Assembly: GCA_046314355.1 (NCBI GenBank)
Contig: JBKBWQ010000001.1
Location: 864,001 to 928,000 of the forward strand
DNA: 64,000 nt
Source: Candidatus Altimarinota bacterium
GTDB lineage: Bacteria > Patescibacteriota > Gracilibacteria > 1-14-2-50-48-13
Direction of reading: 5' to 3'
Below the pieces are notes generated by a model, which did not search any database, was not told the origin of the DNA, and was given only the letters and a program-made list of their open reading frames with translations. Below are positions 9,800 to 19,267 of this stretch, piece after piece. How positions within the stretch are numbered: position 1 is the first letter of the stretch; every line of letters starts with the position of its first letter. The position numbers were made by a program, and so were the translations under genes.

Positions 9800-12700
9800 A
9801 TGGCTACACAAAAACAAAAACTCAAGTTATTACTTTTTGGATTTGTCATGCTGGCAACAGCATTTCTACTTCTTTCATATCAAAATGGATCTCTTTTTAA
9901 AAGCGACCTGCTTGGTTCTGATATGCTGAACAATAGTCTAAATAAGGTCTATCATAGACTCTATAGTTATGATGTTTCAAAAAATGTTGGATCATATGAG
10001 AATCTGCCAAATCCAGGGGATCAGAAGTGGATACAGGTTACCAATACCAGTGGAACTGGAAATGTAGGTAGTCTTGTAATGAAAAAAGATTCAGCAAATA
10101 AGTCACTCGGATTGATGAATCTAAAAACTGCAGGTATAGGAAGTGTGCTAGCGGCCAATAACTGGGCAGCTACGGAGAATGATAAAATTGAAATTGAGAC
10201 TCGTGTACAGGTGGTGGGGGCTGCCGGATGCGAGACATCTACAAGTAGTTTTATTCTCTTTAATAACGGAAAAAATACTGGGTATGTAAATTTTTGTAAA
10301 AATCAGATCATCGTGAGTTCCAATACTCAGAGATGGCAGAGAAACTCTCAGTTTGCACCAGGAGCAAAAAATACTATTTCAAATATAGACCTCTCAACAG
10401 CACCAAAGGATATTAAGATAGTTGCAGAAGGAACTAAGATATCAGTGTATGAACAGAAATCCACAGATATCCTACTCGGAGCATTTGAAAGTGCTATGTA
10501 TCTAGGACTTCCTGATTACACAGGTATTACGAATGCCTCTAGAATAAGTGACAGCGCTCTCTTATTTGGTTCATTTGCAACTACCGTAGGCAGCACCAAC
10601 TACGGTACTGAAACTAACTGGGGATATGTAAGAGGAAAAGTCACTCCTCTTAATCAGTTAAGCGGTCCTACAAAAGGTAGCATGAGTTTCTCATATGATG
10701 CCGAAAGTCAAAAACTTCCTGATTACTTAGGTTGGACGAATGTTGGAGGTAGTGATGGATATATGTCCGCAGATAACCGTTTTGTAATAACTCCACAATC
10801 TACCTATAAAACCCTATTGAATCTTCAAGAGTACGATGGATTTGATATAGAAGCTGAATTCCAAAATCAAGTTGTAATCTCATTTGGAACCAATAAAGCA
10901 CAGGGATATGTGACTATTCACGACAGCGGTATGTCCTATACCAAGGGTAGTTCTTCCGTATCAGACTCTTTAATAAATAGCGCAAACTCACTGCATAAAT
11001 TCAAAATTAGTGTAAAAGGAAAAGAGTTCTCTATCACCGAAGTAGGAACTGGTAAAACTATTGTTTCTCCATCAGGAATGCAGGCTCTTTCAACACCTTC
11101 TGAATATGGTTTTGTAAGTTTTGGCGGTTATTATGGTCAGCTAAAAAACATAAAAGTAACAGCAAAACCTTATCTTATAGATAATACTCAAGATGGTTCC
11201 CGTAAGTTTACAAAAGAATACGGATATACCAACGCCTCTTATCCTGCAGATCAAAACTGGACTCCTATTAATGAGAGCAATAATTATAGCCCCAACTTAG
11301 TATACAATCAGTACCTTTCCTTAAGAACTGCTCAGACAGGAAACCTGCTTAATACATTTAAGTGGAATGCAAGCAAGAATGACGATATCTCAATTGAAGC
11401 AAGACTTCGTGTACCGCAGACTCAGTGTGCATTCTCCGCAAGTAACTATCTTATGTTCTCCAACGGAGATAAGATGGGCTACATCACATTCTGTCAGAAT
11501 GAGATACGGGTGAGTGGAGCAGGATTGCCTTTTACAAAAACACTTAGATACAACCAGATCTTCCAGACTCTTCCGCAGAACCAAAGAAACGTATTCCCAT
11601 TCTCTGCAAATATGGCTTCAGAATTTGCAACATTTAAGATTACCTTAAAGGATGGAAAAGATATCATCATAACTACTCCTGATAACCAGACACTTACGAT
11701 CGCAAACGGTCTATACTTCCCTGCTAATGATGCATCACAATCTCCTTATCCTAATGCTCTAGTCTTTGGTAGCGGCAGTAATGAAACAACTACTACACCG
11801 GAAACAAAGTCAGACTGGGAGTACGTAAAATATAAGCTCACTTCCCGTATACAGGATGGTAAGAGCTTTACATATTCATATGATGCAAATCTTACGACTC
11901 CTCCATCTGCACAGGGATGGGTTAGTAATGTTGCCCTTCAATCTTATCCAGAGAGTGCGGTTACTGGCCAGAAAACATATGTAAATGGAAGCTACAGACA
12001 CTATAATACCTATTGGAATGCTAACACAAAAGATACACTTGTCATTGATACAACTGTAAAAAGCAACGCGGGATGTTATGGAGTAGATGATAGTAATACA
12101 AATATTACCTTCTCAAATGGTGTCACAAAAGGAATAGTAGCTTTCTGTAGAAATGCTGTCTATATCTCTGATCCTTCTTCAGGAAATGGATCTAGATATA
12201 TCAGAGCCTATGTTGGTGAACCCAGCAATGCAAATACCATAGATAACTCTACGATGAAAAACTTCAAAATCGTAGTAAAGAATCTTGATATTAGTGTCTT
12301 TGATGTCACTACAGGAAAAGAAGTAGCTACCGTCTGGGGAGGATTTAACACTCCAGTCACAGGATCAGACAAAGATAAAAATATGATTACTTTTGGAGGA
12401 TCTCAGTCTGAATGGAAATATTTTAAGGCAACTTTATCCCAAGAACTTGCTTCTACCGCAGCTTCTGGAGATATACTCCGACTTCACTTTGCAAATGTAA
12501 AATGGAGCATCCTCGATAAAACAGCAAATACTCTCAAATCTACCTTTGATATTACAGAGATCGTACCTGCCGGCACGCTCATAGAAATGTGTACTCGTAA
12601 TACCGCAAGTACAGGAGAGCCAGTTTGTACAAAATCTACTCAGACAGGACCTCATACTTATAGTGTCTTCCCGTCAAAAACTGATGTCCCTCTCAATAAT

Positions 12701-15700
12701 AATGTCCCAGTAGGAGGCGCACCGTCTACAACAACATATGACTGGTTTATAAAAGTAAATGGTATTCCTTATGGAGTAGAAGGTCCACTTACTATATATC
12801 ATTCACCAGAGATCCTCTCTGCATCTACGAATCCTACAAATCCAAAGATCAAAGTACTCTTTGATACTATTCAGGACTCAACAGCAGTACTTCAGGTAGG
12901 AGTAGCTCCTTCACAGTCACAGTATACTCTTGAGACAGTTTGTATTCAGAAAGATACGGGAGGCACAGAAACTTGTAAGAATAATGTCGCTCCGAACAGG
13001 ACAATGACAAATGCGCCCATTATCCAGGATACAGATTATAACTGGTCTATGTACTACGCAGGTTTTAGCGGGTTAACTCCAGGTATAAAATATAAAATTA
13101 ACGTTACTGTCAAACAGTCTGGAGGAACAGTGCCAGTAATCTCCGGAGGTACATTTACTACGCATAAAGCACCTGAATATACGGTCACAAATGGAGTAGT
13201 ATATGGTCTTCCCCAAGATACGGTGCTTATCCCGCGAACTAATTCTGTAAACAATATTCTTTGGACACATGAGGGAAATCCTGCAAAAGCAAATATTAAA
13301 TTTGATCTCAAAGATGCAACAGCAAAGACTGTACAGATTTGTTATAAACTTAATGGAGCCACAGCAAATACATGTAATGCAGTTACAACAAATACGCCAG
13401 GTACCACTAAAACATATAGTGGTGCCGCATCCGGCATTGACCTTACAACAGCCGGTACCAGAACATACCTCTGGAATATACAGATAGATGGCAAACACTT
13501 TGGTGTAGAAGGTACACTTACTGTTACACCTAGTATTACTACTGATGAAGATCCCGCAGTATCAGGTACAAGCGACCCTTCATTTATTCAGTCAGTAGTT
13601 GCACCTCTCGGAGAAACAAGCGCTCATATTACTGTTTCTACTACAGCAAACAGCACTGCAAGCAGCCCATCTATTAAATCATTCTGTATCGTTGATACTT
13701 TAGGTAATAGTCCTATCTGTCAGAATGATCTCTCATATACTTCATACACTGGAACAGCAGCCGGCAACAACTTTATATACGATTACAATTTTGATAATCT
13801 CATACCCGGTACAGTCTATAAAATTCAGTATCAGCAGGTTTACACAAATGCAGGATATCAAACATTCGTTGGAAAGAGCTTCAAGACAAGCAGTACAAAA
13901 GAAATTTCTCTTATCCCGGGAGATGTCATATTCTCAAGCACTGATAATCCTGTAAGAAACCTTTCATGGGTAACTAATAAAGTGAATCAAGAGTATTTAG
14001 AAGTCATCTTTGATGTACTCAATCTCCCTACTCCTACCACTCCTGTAAGCTTCTGTTATAAGGAAGAAAATAATGCTCAGGCTACAGAGACATGTAAGAC
14101 TGCAACAAAGGTATCAGGAACACTGTTCTCAGTGGTAACAGATATACCTCTCAATTCTACAAAAACCTACAGCTGGTATATCAAGATTGGAAGTGAAAAA
14201 TCTGGTACTGCCGGATCAGGTCTAAGCATTACAGTCACTCCTGCAACCCCTGGAACAACAACTCCAGCTGAAGATACTCCTCTCACAGATGAAGGAATCC
14301 CTCTTACTATTACAAATATTACTCAAGATAGTGCACTGCTCACAGCTACAGCGAATGTCACTACGCACGTGGTGAAAAGTATCTGTATTGCGAGAGCTGA
14401 GGATGAGAGTAATGAAATCTGTAATGAGCAGTCTCTGCCAACCGTACAGTCAGGGAATGCAACATATGCAGCTACATTTACAAACCTTCTTCCTGGAAAG
14501 CAGTACACTACACGTGTGCTCTTCACAAGAGGTCTCGCAGCAACTGATCTTTTCAGCCGAAGCGGTCAGAAATTTACTACTGCAACTCCAAGTACCGGCA
14601 CTGTCGATGGTGAAGTTATAGTCACACCTCCTACTGATACGCAGGCTCCAGCAGTGGTGATCACAACTCCAGCAAATGCTGCTGTATTCTCAAAAACATC
14701 TGATATTACTTTCACAGGAACATCAAGTGATCTCGGAGTCGTCACATCAGGCGTTGATAAGATCATGATCGGTCTCAAAGCGACAGGCGCAGATCCAAAA
14801 TGGTTAACATTAGGGACTAGTGCTACATGGGAGACTGCAGAAGTATACTACCCTGCGACTGGTACTGAGACATGGACTTATAATGCACAAGGAAAAACAA
14901 TTACCTGGGAAAATGGAAAAACATATCAGGTATTTGTATATGGAGTGGATAAGGCCTTGAATTCAGGAAAGCCAGTACCAGTGAACTCAACATTTACTTA
15001 TACTCCTCCTGTAGATACCGTAGCACCAACAAGCACTATTACTCTTCCGCTTCCGGGAGCCACATCTATCAATGGTACAGCAAGAGACGAAGGTACACCT
15101 TCAAGCGGACTCAAAAATATGAAAGTCAGCATCAAAAATAACAGTACAAATAAATATTGGAATGGAACAGCTTTCACAGTTGATACTGAAACTTATCTTG
15201 ATGCATCACTAGGAGGTACCACCGGTCTAGACACAGCCTGGAGTTATCCTGCTAGTGGAACTATTGTCTTCGAAGATAACAAAAGCTACACAGTACATGC
15301 ATTTGCAGAAGATAATGTAGGAAATAAAAATAACGCTTCCCCTTCTGTAAGAACATTTACCCATGATGACGGAATAGTGCCGGAGATAGATACTCAAGCT
15401 CCTACGGTAGTAATAGATGCCATAGTAGCAGCTGATACTACGCTCAAAGGAAGTGCAATTGATGCTGGTACTGTTACTTCAGGTATCAAAGAAGTACGTA
15501 TAAGCATCAAAGATAATAGTACTAATAAATGGTTTAACGGTACTGATTTTACAGGAACTGCATCAGCATACATACCTGCTAAGATTACACTTACTGGAGC
15601 TGCAAGTGCCACGTGGGTACTACCAGAGACTGGAGTACTTCCCTTCACTGCAAACGCATCTTATACAGCCTCAGCATATGCGCTAGATACGAAAGATAAT

Positions 15701-18454
15701 TCTAGTCTTTCTACAGCAGTAACTAGAACCTTTACTTATGTACCAGCAGTAGTACCAGATACGACAGCCCCATCTACAACACTTACAGCCCCTGCTACAG
15801 GCGCAACTTCCCTAGGAGGATTAGCTAAAGATGAAGGTACACCAACCAGCGGACTCAAGGAAGTAAAGGTAAGTATCAAAAACAATACTACTAATACGTG
15901 GTGGACAGGTACATCATTTACAGCTACCATTGAGCAATTTTCCACTGCTACCCTTGGTGCAGTAACAGCAGGAAATACAGCATGGAGTTATCCGAGTGCT
16001 GGCACAATCGCATTTGTACACAACAATAACTACTCAGTCAAAGTATATGCTGAAGATAATGCAGGCAATAAAAACAATACAACTCCTGCAACTCTCACAT
16101 TTACCTATAATTCCGGAGTAGTAAATCCTGTGGATACACAGATCCCAGCCGTGACTATTGATCAGATGACTGCACCTTCTACTCTTGTAAAAGGTACGGT
16201 AACTGATACTGGTACACCTGCTTCAGGTATAGCTTCAGTAAAAATCAGTATTGAAGATGTTGCAGCTCAAACATGGTGGAACGGGACAAATTTTAGTGCT
16301 ACTTCAGAGAGTTTCTACAATACAAAAGTACAGACTGTAGCTTCTAGTAATACAACATGGATGTATCCAGAAATCGGCGCACTTCCATTTGTAACCACAA
16401 AGACCTATAAGATTAAAGTATATGCGGTAGACGTCGCAGGCAACTCAAGTACAGCAAATCCAGCTACTATAAACTTTACTTATATAGCACCAGTTGTGAC
16501 CCCAGATGATACCACAGCACCGTCCACGACTATCACTACTCCAACAGTCGCCGCCACTTCTATAAGTGGAACAACAAAGGATGAAGGTACTGCAACGAGT
16601 GGTCTTAAAGAAGTGAAAGTAAGCTTAAAGGATACTACATCCAATCTCTGGTGGAACGGGACAAATTTCAGCTCAGCCGCTGAGACCTTTGTAACTGCAG
16701 CACTTGGAGGAGTATCCAATGGAAATACTCTATGGAGCTACCCTGCTACAGGAAATCTTCCTTTGGTAGATAAGAGAAGTTATACAGTAAAAGCTTATAC
16801 AGAAGATAATGCAGGTAATAAAAACAATACAAATCCTGCAACTCTCACATTTACGTATGATGCAGGCATTGTAGAACTTCCAGACACACAGCCGCCAACT
16901 ATCTCAATAGATGCGATGGTTTCAACAGACACTATAGTCAAAGGAAACGCTGTAGATACAGGTACTGGATCTGGTATCAAAGAAGTTCGTGTAAGCATCA
17001 AAGATAATAAAACAGGTAAATGGTTCTCAGGAAGCGGATTTATTCTTTCCACACAGAACTATCTTCCTGCAAAAGTAAGTCTTGTAGGTGCTGCAAATAC
17101 CACATGGGCACTTCCAGAAATAGGTGTAATACCTTTCGTTTCCAATGAAACATATACAATCACTGTCTATGGAATTGATACAAAAAATAATTCAGGTCTT
17201 ACTACCCCTGTAACAAAGACATTTACTTACGTCGCAGCAACACATCAGTCTGCAACACCTATTATTTCTACTGCCCCTCAATGGAACTTTGATACAAATA
17301 CAGCGGTACGTAGTATAACATTTAGTTTGTCACAGGATGTAGGGACACAGTCAGTATACTTTTGTATCGATGCGAGATGCTTTCTTACTACGAAACAGGC
17401 CGATGGGAAATACTATCTAGTTGTAGATAATACAATGCTGCCGGTTGATAAATTAGGAACTTATAAATGGAGTATCAAAGTAGGTACTGAGACTCTTACA
17501 AGTAATGGAGCTGTTACAGTCAATCCTAGCCTACCAAATCCAATAATAAACGTAGGAGGCAATAATCTGTATACTGTACCTCTACCAACTACCGGCAATA
17601 CTCAGGGAACCACAGTTGTGAATAATTATTATACTATCATTACTAGCACGGGAAGCACGATCCCAAATTCAAACGGAAACAGTATTTCATCCACAAATTC
17701 AAATTCAGATGTAAGACCAAGCCCTGTATACTGTCCTCCAGTCTGTGTAAGCTATACACTTCCAAAAGATATTTCTCCATCATACTTTGCAGCACAAAGT
17801 ATCAAAATACTTGGAGAGAGAAATATTATCACTGGGTATGCTGATGGAACGTTTAAACCAAATAATCCTATCAATAGAGCAGAGTTTGCGAAGATCGTGA
17901 AGAACGGATTCTTGCTTCAATCCAATACACGGGCAGCAGCAATGCCGTTTAAGGATATCAATGTACTAAGCTGGTTCTATACTCCGATCAGAGCTCTCTA
18001 TAACGCAAATCTTGTACAGGGATACGATTCAGGAAACTATCTTCCTGGAAGATTTATCCAGCGTGATGAAGCAGCAAAGATTCTCTCAGTTGCTCATGCT
18101 AATATCGCAAGTGCCAAGACTGCGGGCAGTAGCGCATTGGATAAAGATGTACTTGGAGAGACAACTATTACCGAACAGTGGAATCAGTGGAGAAATGAAC
18201 ATCCAACATTTACTTATGTGGTTTTCCCTGATGTAAGTGTCAATGACTGGTCTGCTAAGTATGTACTCTATGCATATAATCTTAACCTTCTCACTGGAAG
18301 AAGTACTGATGCGGGTCTACAGTTTGAAGCTAAAGAGCTTATCACTCGAGGAGAAGCAGCAACACTTCTTGCAAAGATGGTAGTATCTTTAGATATTGAT
18401 TATCCTACTCAAAAAGGTACAGATCAAAAAGTTCAAGTAGTATTCCCTCAGTAA
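9800..18454 (+). CDS. Giant (2884 aa) SLH-anchored surface protein: lectin-like repeats, Cys-paired/FN3-like repeats, Ig-like repeats, SLH domains
   Basis: N-terminal TM; four ~200-aa repeats with YxYD..P..Q.W; FN3-like F.(N/G)L.PG..Y; about seven DTxAP..TI...SG.K.V.VSIK...W(W/F)NGT repeats; SLH motifs GYADGTFKPNNPINRAEFAK and ITRGEAA. Confidence 0.88.
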   Translation: MATQKQKLKLLLFGFVMLATAFLLLSYQNGSLFKSDLLGSDMLNNSLNKVYHRLYSYDVSKNVGSYENLPNPGDQKWIQVTNTSGTGNVGSLVMKKDSANKSLGLMNLKTAGIGSVLAANNWAATENDKIEIETRVQVVGAAGCETSTSSFILFNNGKNTGYVNFCKNQIIVSSNTQRWQRNSQFAPGAKNTISNIDLSTAPKDIKIVAEGTKISVYEQKSTDILLGAFESAMYLGLPDYTGITNASRISDSALLFGSFATTVGSTNYGTETNWGYVRGKVTPLNQLSGPTKGSMSFSYDAESQKLPDYLGWTNVGGSDGYMSADNRFVITPQSTYKTLLNLQEYDGFDIEAEFQNQVVISFGTNKAQGYVTIHDSGMSYTKGSSSVSDSLINSANSLHKFKISVKGKEFSITEVGTGKTIVSPSGMQALSTPSEYGFVSFGGYYGQLKNIKVTAKPYLIDNTQDGSRKFTKEYGYTNASYPADQNWTPINESNNYSPNLVYNQYLSLRTAQTGNLLNTFKWNASKNDDISIEARLRVPQTQCAFSASNYLMFSNGDKMGYITFCQNEIRVSGAGLPFTKTLRYNQIFQTLPQNQRNVFPFSANMASEFATFKITLKDGKDIIITTPDNQTLTIANGLYFPANDASQSPYPNALVFGSGSNETTTTPETKSDWEYVKYKLTSRIQDGKSFTYSYDANLTTPPSAQGWVSNVALQSYPESAVTGQKTYVNGSYRHYNTYWNANTKDTLVIDTTVKSNAGCYGVDDSNTNITFSNGVTKGIVAFCRNAVYISDPSSGNGSRYIRAYVGEPSNANTIDNSTMKNFKIVVKNLDISVFDVTTGKEVATVWGGFNTPVTGSDKDKNMITFGGSQSEWKYFKATLSQELASTAASGDILRLHFANVKWSILDKTANTLKSTFDITEIVPAGTLIEMCTRNTASTGEPVCTKSTQTGPHTYSVFPSKTDVPLNNNVPVGGAPSTTTYDWFIKVNGIPYGVEGPLTIYHSPEILSASTNPTNPKIKVLFDTIQDSTAVLQVGVAPSQSQYTLETVCIQKDTGGTETCKNNVAPNRTMTNAPIIQDTDYNWSMYYAGFSGLTPGIKYKINVTVKQSGGTVPVISGGTFTTHKAPEYTVTNGVVYGLPQDTVLIPRTNSVNNILWTHEGNPAKANIKFDLKDATAKTVQICYKLNGATANTCNAVTTNTPGTTKTYSGAASGIDLTTAGTRTYLWNIQIDGKHFGVEGTLTVTPSITTDEDPAVSGTSDPSFIQSVVAPLGETSAHITVSTTANSTASSPSIKSFCIVDTLGNSPICQNDLSYTSYTGTAAGNNFIYDYNFDNLIPGTVYKIQYQQVYTNAGYQTFVGKSFKTSSTKEISLIPGDVIFSSTDNPVRNLSWVTNKVNQEYLEVIFDVLNLPTPTTPVSFCYKEENNAQATETCKTATKVSGTLFSVVTDIPLNSTKTYSWYIKIGSEKSGTAGSGLSITVTPATPGTTTPAEDTPLTDEGIPLTITNITQDSALLTATANVTTHVVKSICIARAEDESNEICNEQSLPTVQSGNATYAATFTNLLPGKQYTTRVLFTRGLAATDLFSRSGQKFTTATPSTGTVDGEVIVTPPTDTQAPAVVITTPANAAVFSKTSDITFTGTSSDLGVVTSGVDKIMIGLKATGADPKWLTLGTSATWETAEVYYPATGTETWTYNAQGKTITWENGKTYQVFVYGVDKALNSGKPVPVNSTFTYTPPVDTVAPTSTITLPLPGATSINGTARDEGTPSSGLKNMKVSIKNNSTNKYWNGTAFTVDTETYLDASLGGTTGLDTAWSYPASGTIVFEDNKSYTVHAFAEDNVGNKNNASPSVRTFTHDDGIVPEIDTQAPTVVIDAIVAADTTLKGSAIDAGTVTSGIKEVRISIKDNSTNKWFNGTDFTGTASAYIPAKITLTGAASATWVLPETGVLPFTANASYTASAYALDTKDNSSLSTAVTRTFTYVPAVVPDTTAPSTTLTAPATGATSLGGLAKDEGTPTSGLKEVKVSIKNNTTNTWWTGTSFTATIEQFSTATLGAVTAGNTAWSYPSAGTIAFVHNNNYSVKVYAEDNAGNKNNTTPATLTFTYNSGVVNPVDTQIPAVTIDQMTAPSTLVKGTVTDTGTPASGIASVKISIEDVAAQTWWNGTNFSATSESFYNTKVQTVASSNTTWMYPEIGALPFVTTKTYKIKVYAVDVAGNSSTANPATINFTYIAPVVTPDDTTAPSTTITTPTVAATSISGTTKDEGTATSGLKEVKVSLKDTTSNLWWNGTNFSSAAETFVTAALGGVSNGNTLWSYPATGNLPLVDKRSYTVKAYTEDNAGNKNNTNPATLTFTYDAGIVELPDTQPPTISIDAMVSTDTIVKGNAVDTGTGSGIKEVRVSIKDNKTGKWFSGSGFILSTQNYLPAKVSLVGAANTTWALPEIGVIPFVSNETYTITVYGIDTKNNSGLTTPVTKTFTYVAATHQSATPIISTAPQWNFDTNTAVRSITFSLSQDVGTQSVYFCIDARCFLTTKQADGKYYLVVDNTMLPVDKLGTYKWSIKVGTETLTSNGAVTVNPSLPNPIINVGGNNLYTVPLPTTGNTQGTTVVNNYYTIITSTGSTIPNSNGNSISSTNSNSDVRPSPVYCPPVCVSYTLPKDISPSYFAAQSIKILGERNIITGYADGTFKPNNPINRAEFAKIVKNGFLLQSNTRAAAMPFKDINVLSWFYTPIRALYNANLVQGYDSGNYLPGRFIQRDEAAKILSVAHANIASAKTAGSSALDKDVLGETTITEQWNQWRNEHPTFTYVVFPDVSVNDWSAKYVLYAYNLNLLTGRSTDAGLQFEAKELITRGEAATLLAKMVVSLDIDYPTQKGTDQKVQVVFPQ

Positions 18455-18468
18455 ACACAATTTTTACT

Positions 18469-18503
18469 AAAAAGAGCCTACCGAAAAGGGTTAGGCTCTT
18501 TTT
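18469..18503 (+). terminator. Intrinsic terminator
   Basis: AAAAAGAGCCTA...TAGGCTCTTTTT. Confidence 0.75.
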
Positions 18504-18579
18504 ATTTATTATATCAACAAAATACTTAATAAGAGTATAATGAAGACGTCACCCTTTCTATCAGTAACTCAATGTCACT

Positions 18580-18939
18580 ATGATGGAACTACAAGTACGT
18601 TTTAAGAACATTTCTGATGAAGAACAACGAGAACACTTCAAAGAAACCGCAGTAGCTAAGCTCGAAGACCTCAACAAATTCTTCAGGGGAAGTTTGAGAG
18701 AAGGAGAATTAACGGGAGACTGTATGATTGAACACACGGGCAAACACCCTGCCTTTAAAGTCCATGTTACAATACTACATAGACAAGGTAAAATCCATAA
18801 ATTCGAAGCCGTTGAAGTAGCCGAACATGCAGAAGAGGCTATTAACAATGCAAGAAATAATCTGAGAAACCAGATAGCAAATGAGAAAGATTCAAAAAAC
18901 ACCTTGCATAAACAGGATTCCATGCTAAATTTCGTCTAG
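18580..18939 (+). CDS. Ribosome hibernation factor (HPF/RaiA family)
   Basis: MELQVRFKNI...KLEDLNKFF...FKVHVTI...EEAINNARNNLRNQI matches the short HPF pattern. Confidence 0.7.
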   Translation: MMELQVRFKNISDEEQREHFKETAVAKLEDLNKFFRGSLREGELTGDCMIEHTGKHPAFKVHVTILHRQGKIHKFEAVEVAEHAEEAINNARNNLRNQIANEKDSKNTLHKQDSMLNFV

Positions 18940-18971
18940 AGTTCCCTTCTGAAAAGAAGAGATTTCTCCCA

Positions 18972-19018
18972 AAAAGAGGAAGAAAGTTGCCCCTCCCGCA
19001 AAACTTTCTTCCTCTTTT
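18972..19018 (+). terminator. Long hairpin/terminator after HPF
   Basis: Perfect 17-bp stem AAAAGAGGAAGAAAGTT...AACTTTCTTCCTCTTTT. Confidence 0.6.
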
Positions 19019-19267
19019 CAGTTCTCCAAAATTTGAAGACACTAGATATTAGTAGAGGTTCACCTCTCTGTAAAGCTATTTTTAAAAAATGTGGTTTAGT
19101 AGTATTTTTAGCCTAGTAATTGAGTAAGAGAGTAGCTGAGTAAGAGAGGATAGGCGCATTACTAAGCCTTTATTACTTAATTACTTATTGTCTTTGCTTC
19201 TTTACTTACTTTCCCTATACTTTGCACAAAAGATATCATGTCAGCTTAAATTTTCATACTTCTCCCC

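Noticed and set aside
9800-18454. Diversity-generating retroelement target
   Set aside because: No reverse transcriptase; the internal repeats are in-frame domain duplications without adenine-specific mismatches.
19054-19080. preQ1-I riboswitch (AGAGGTTC...CCTCT)
   Set aside because: The loop is only 4 nt, the A-rich pseudoknot tail is missing, and it lies upstream of murJ rather than a queuosine gene.
19121-19149. Short direct repeat TGAGTAAGAGAG x2
   Set aside because: Two copies in low-complexity intergenic DNA; no function can be supported.
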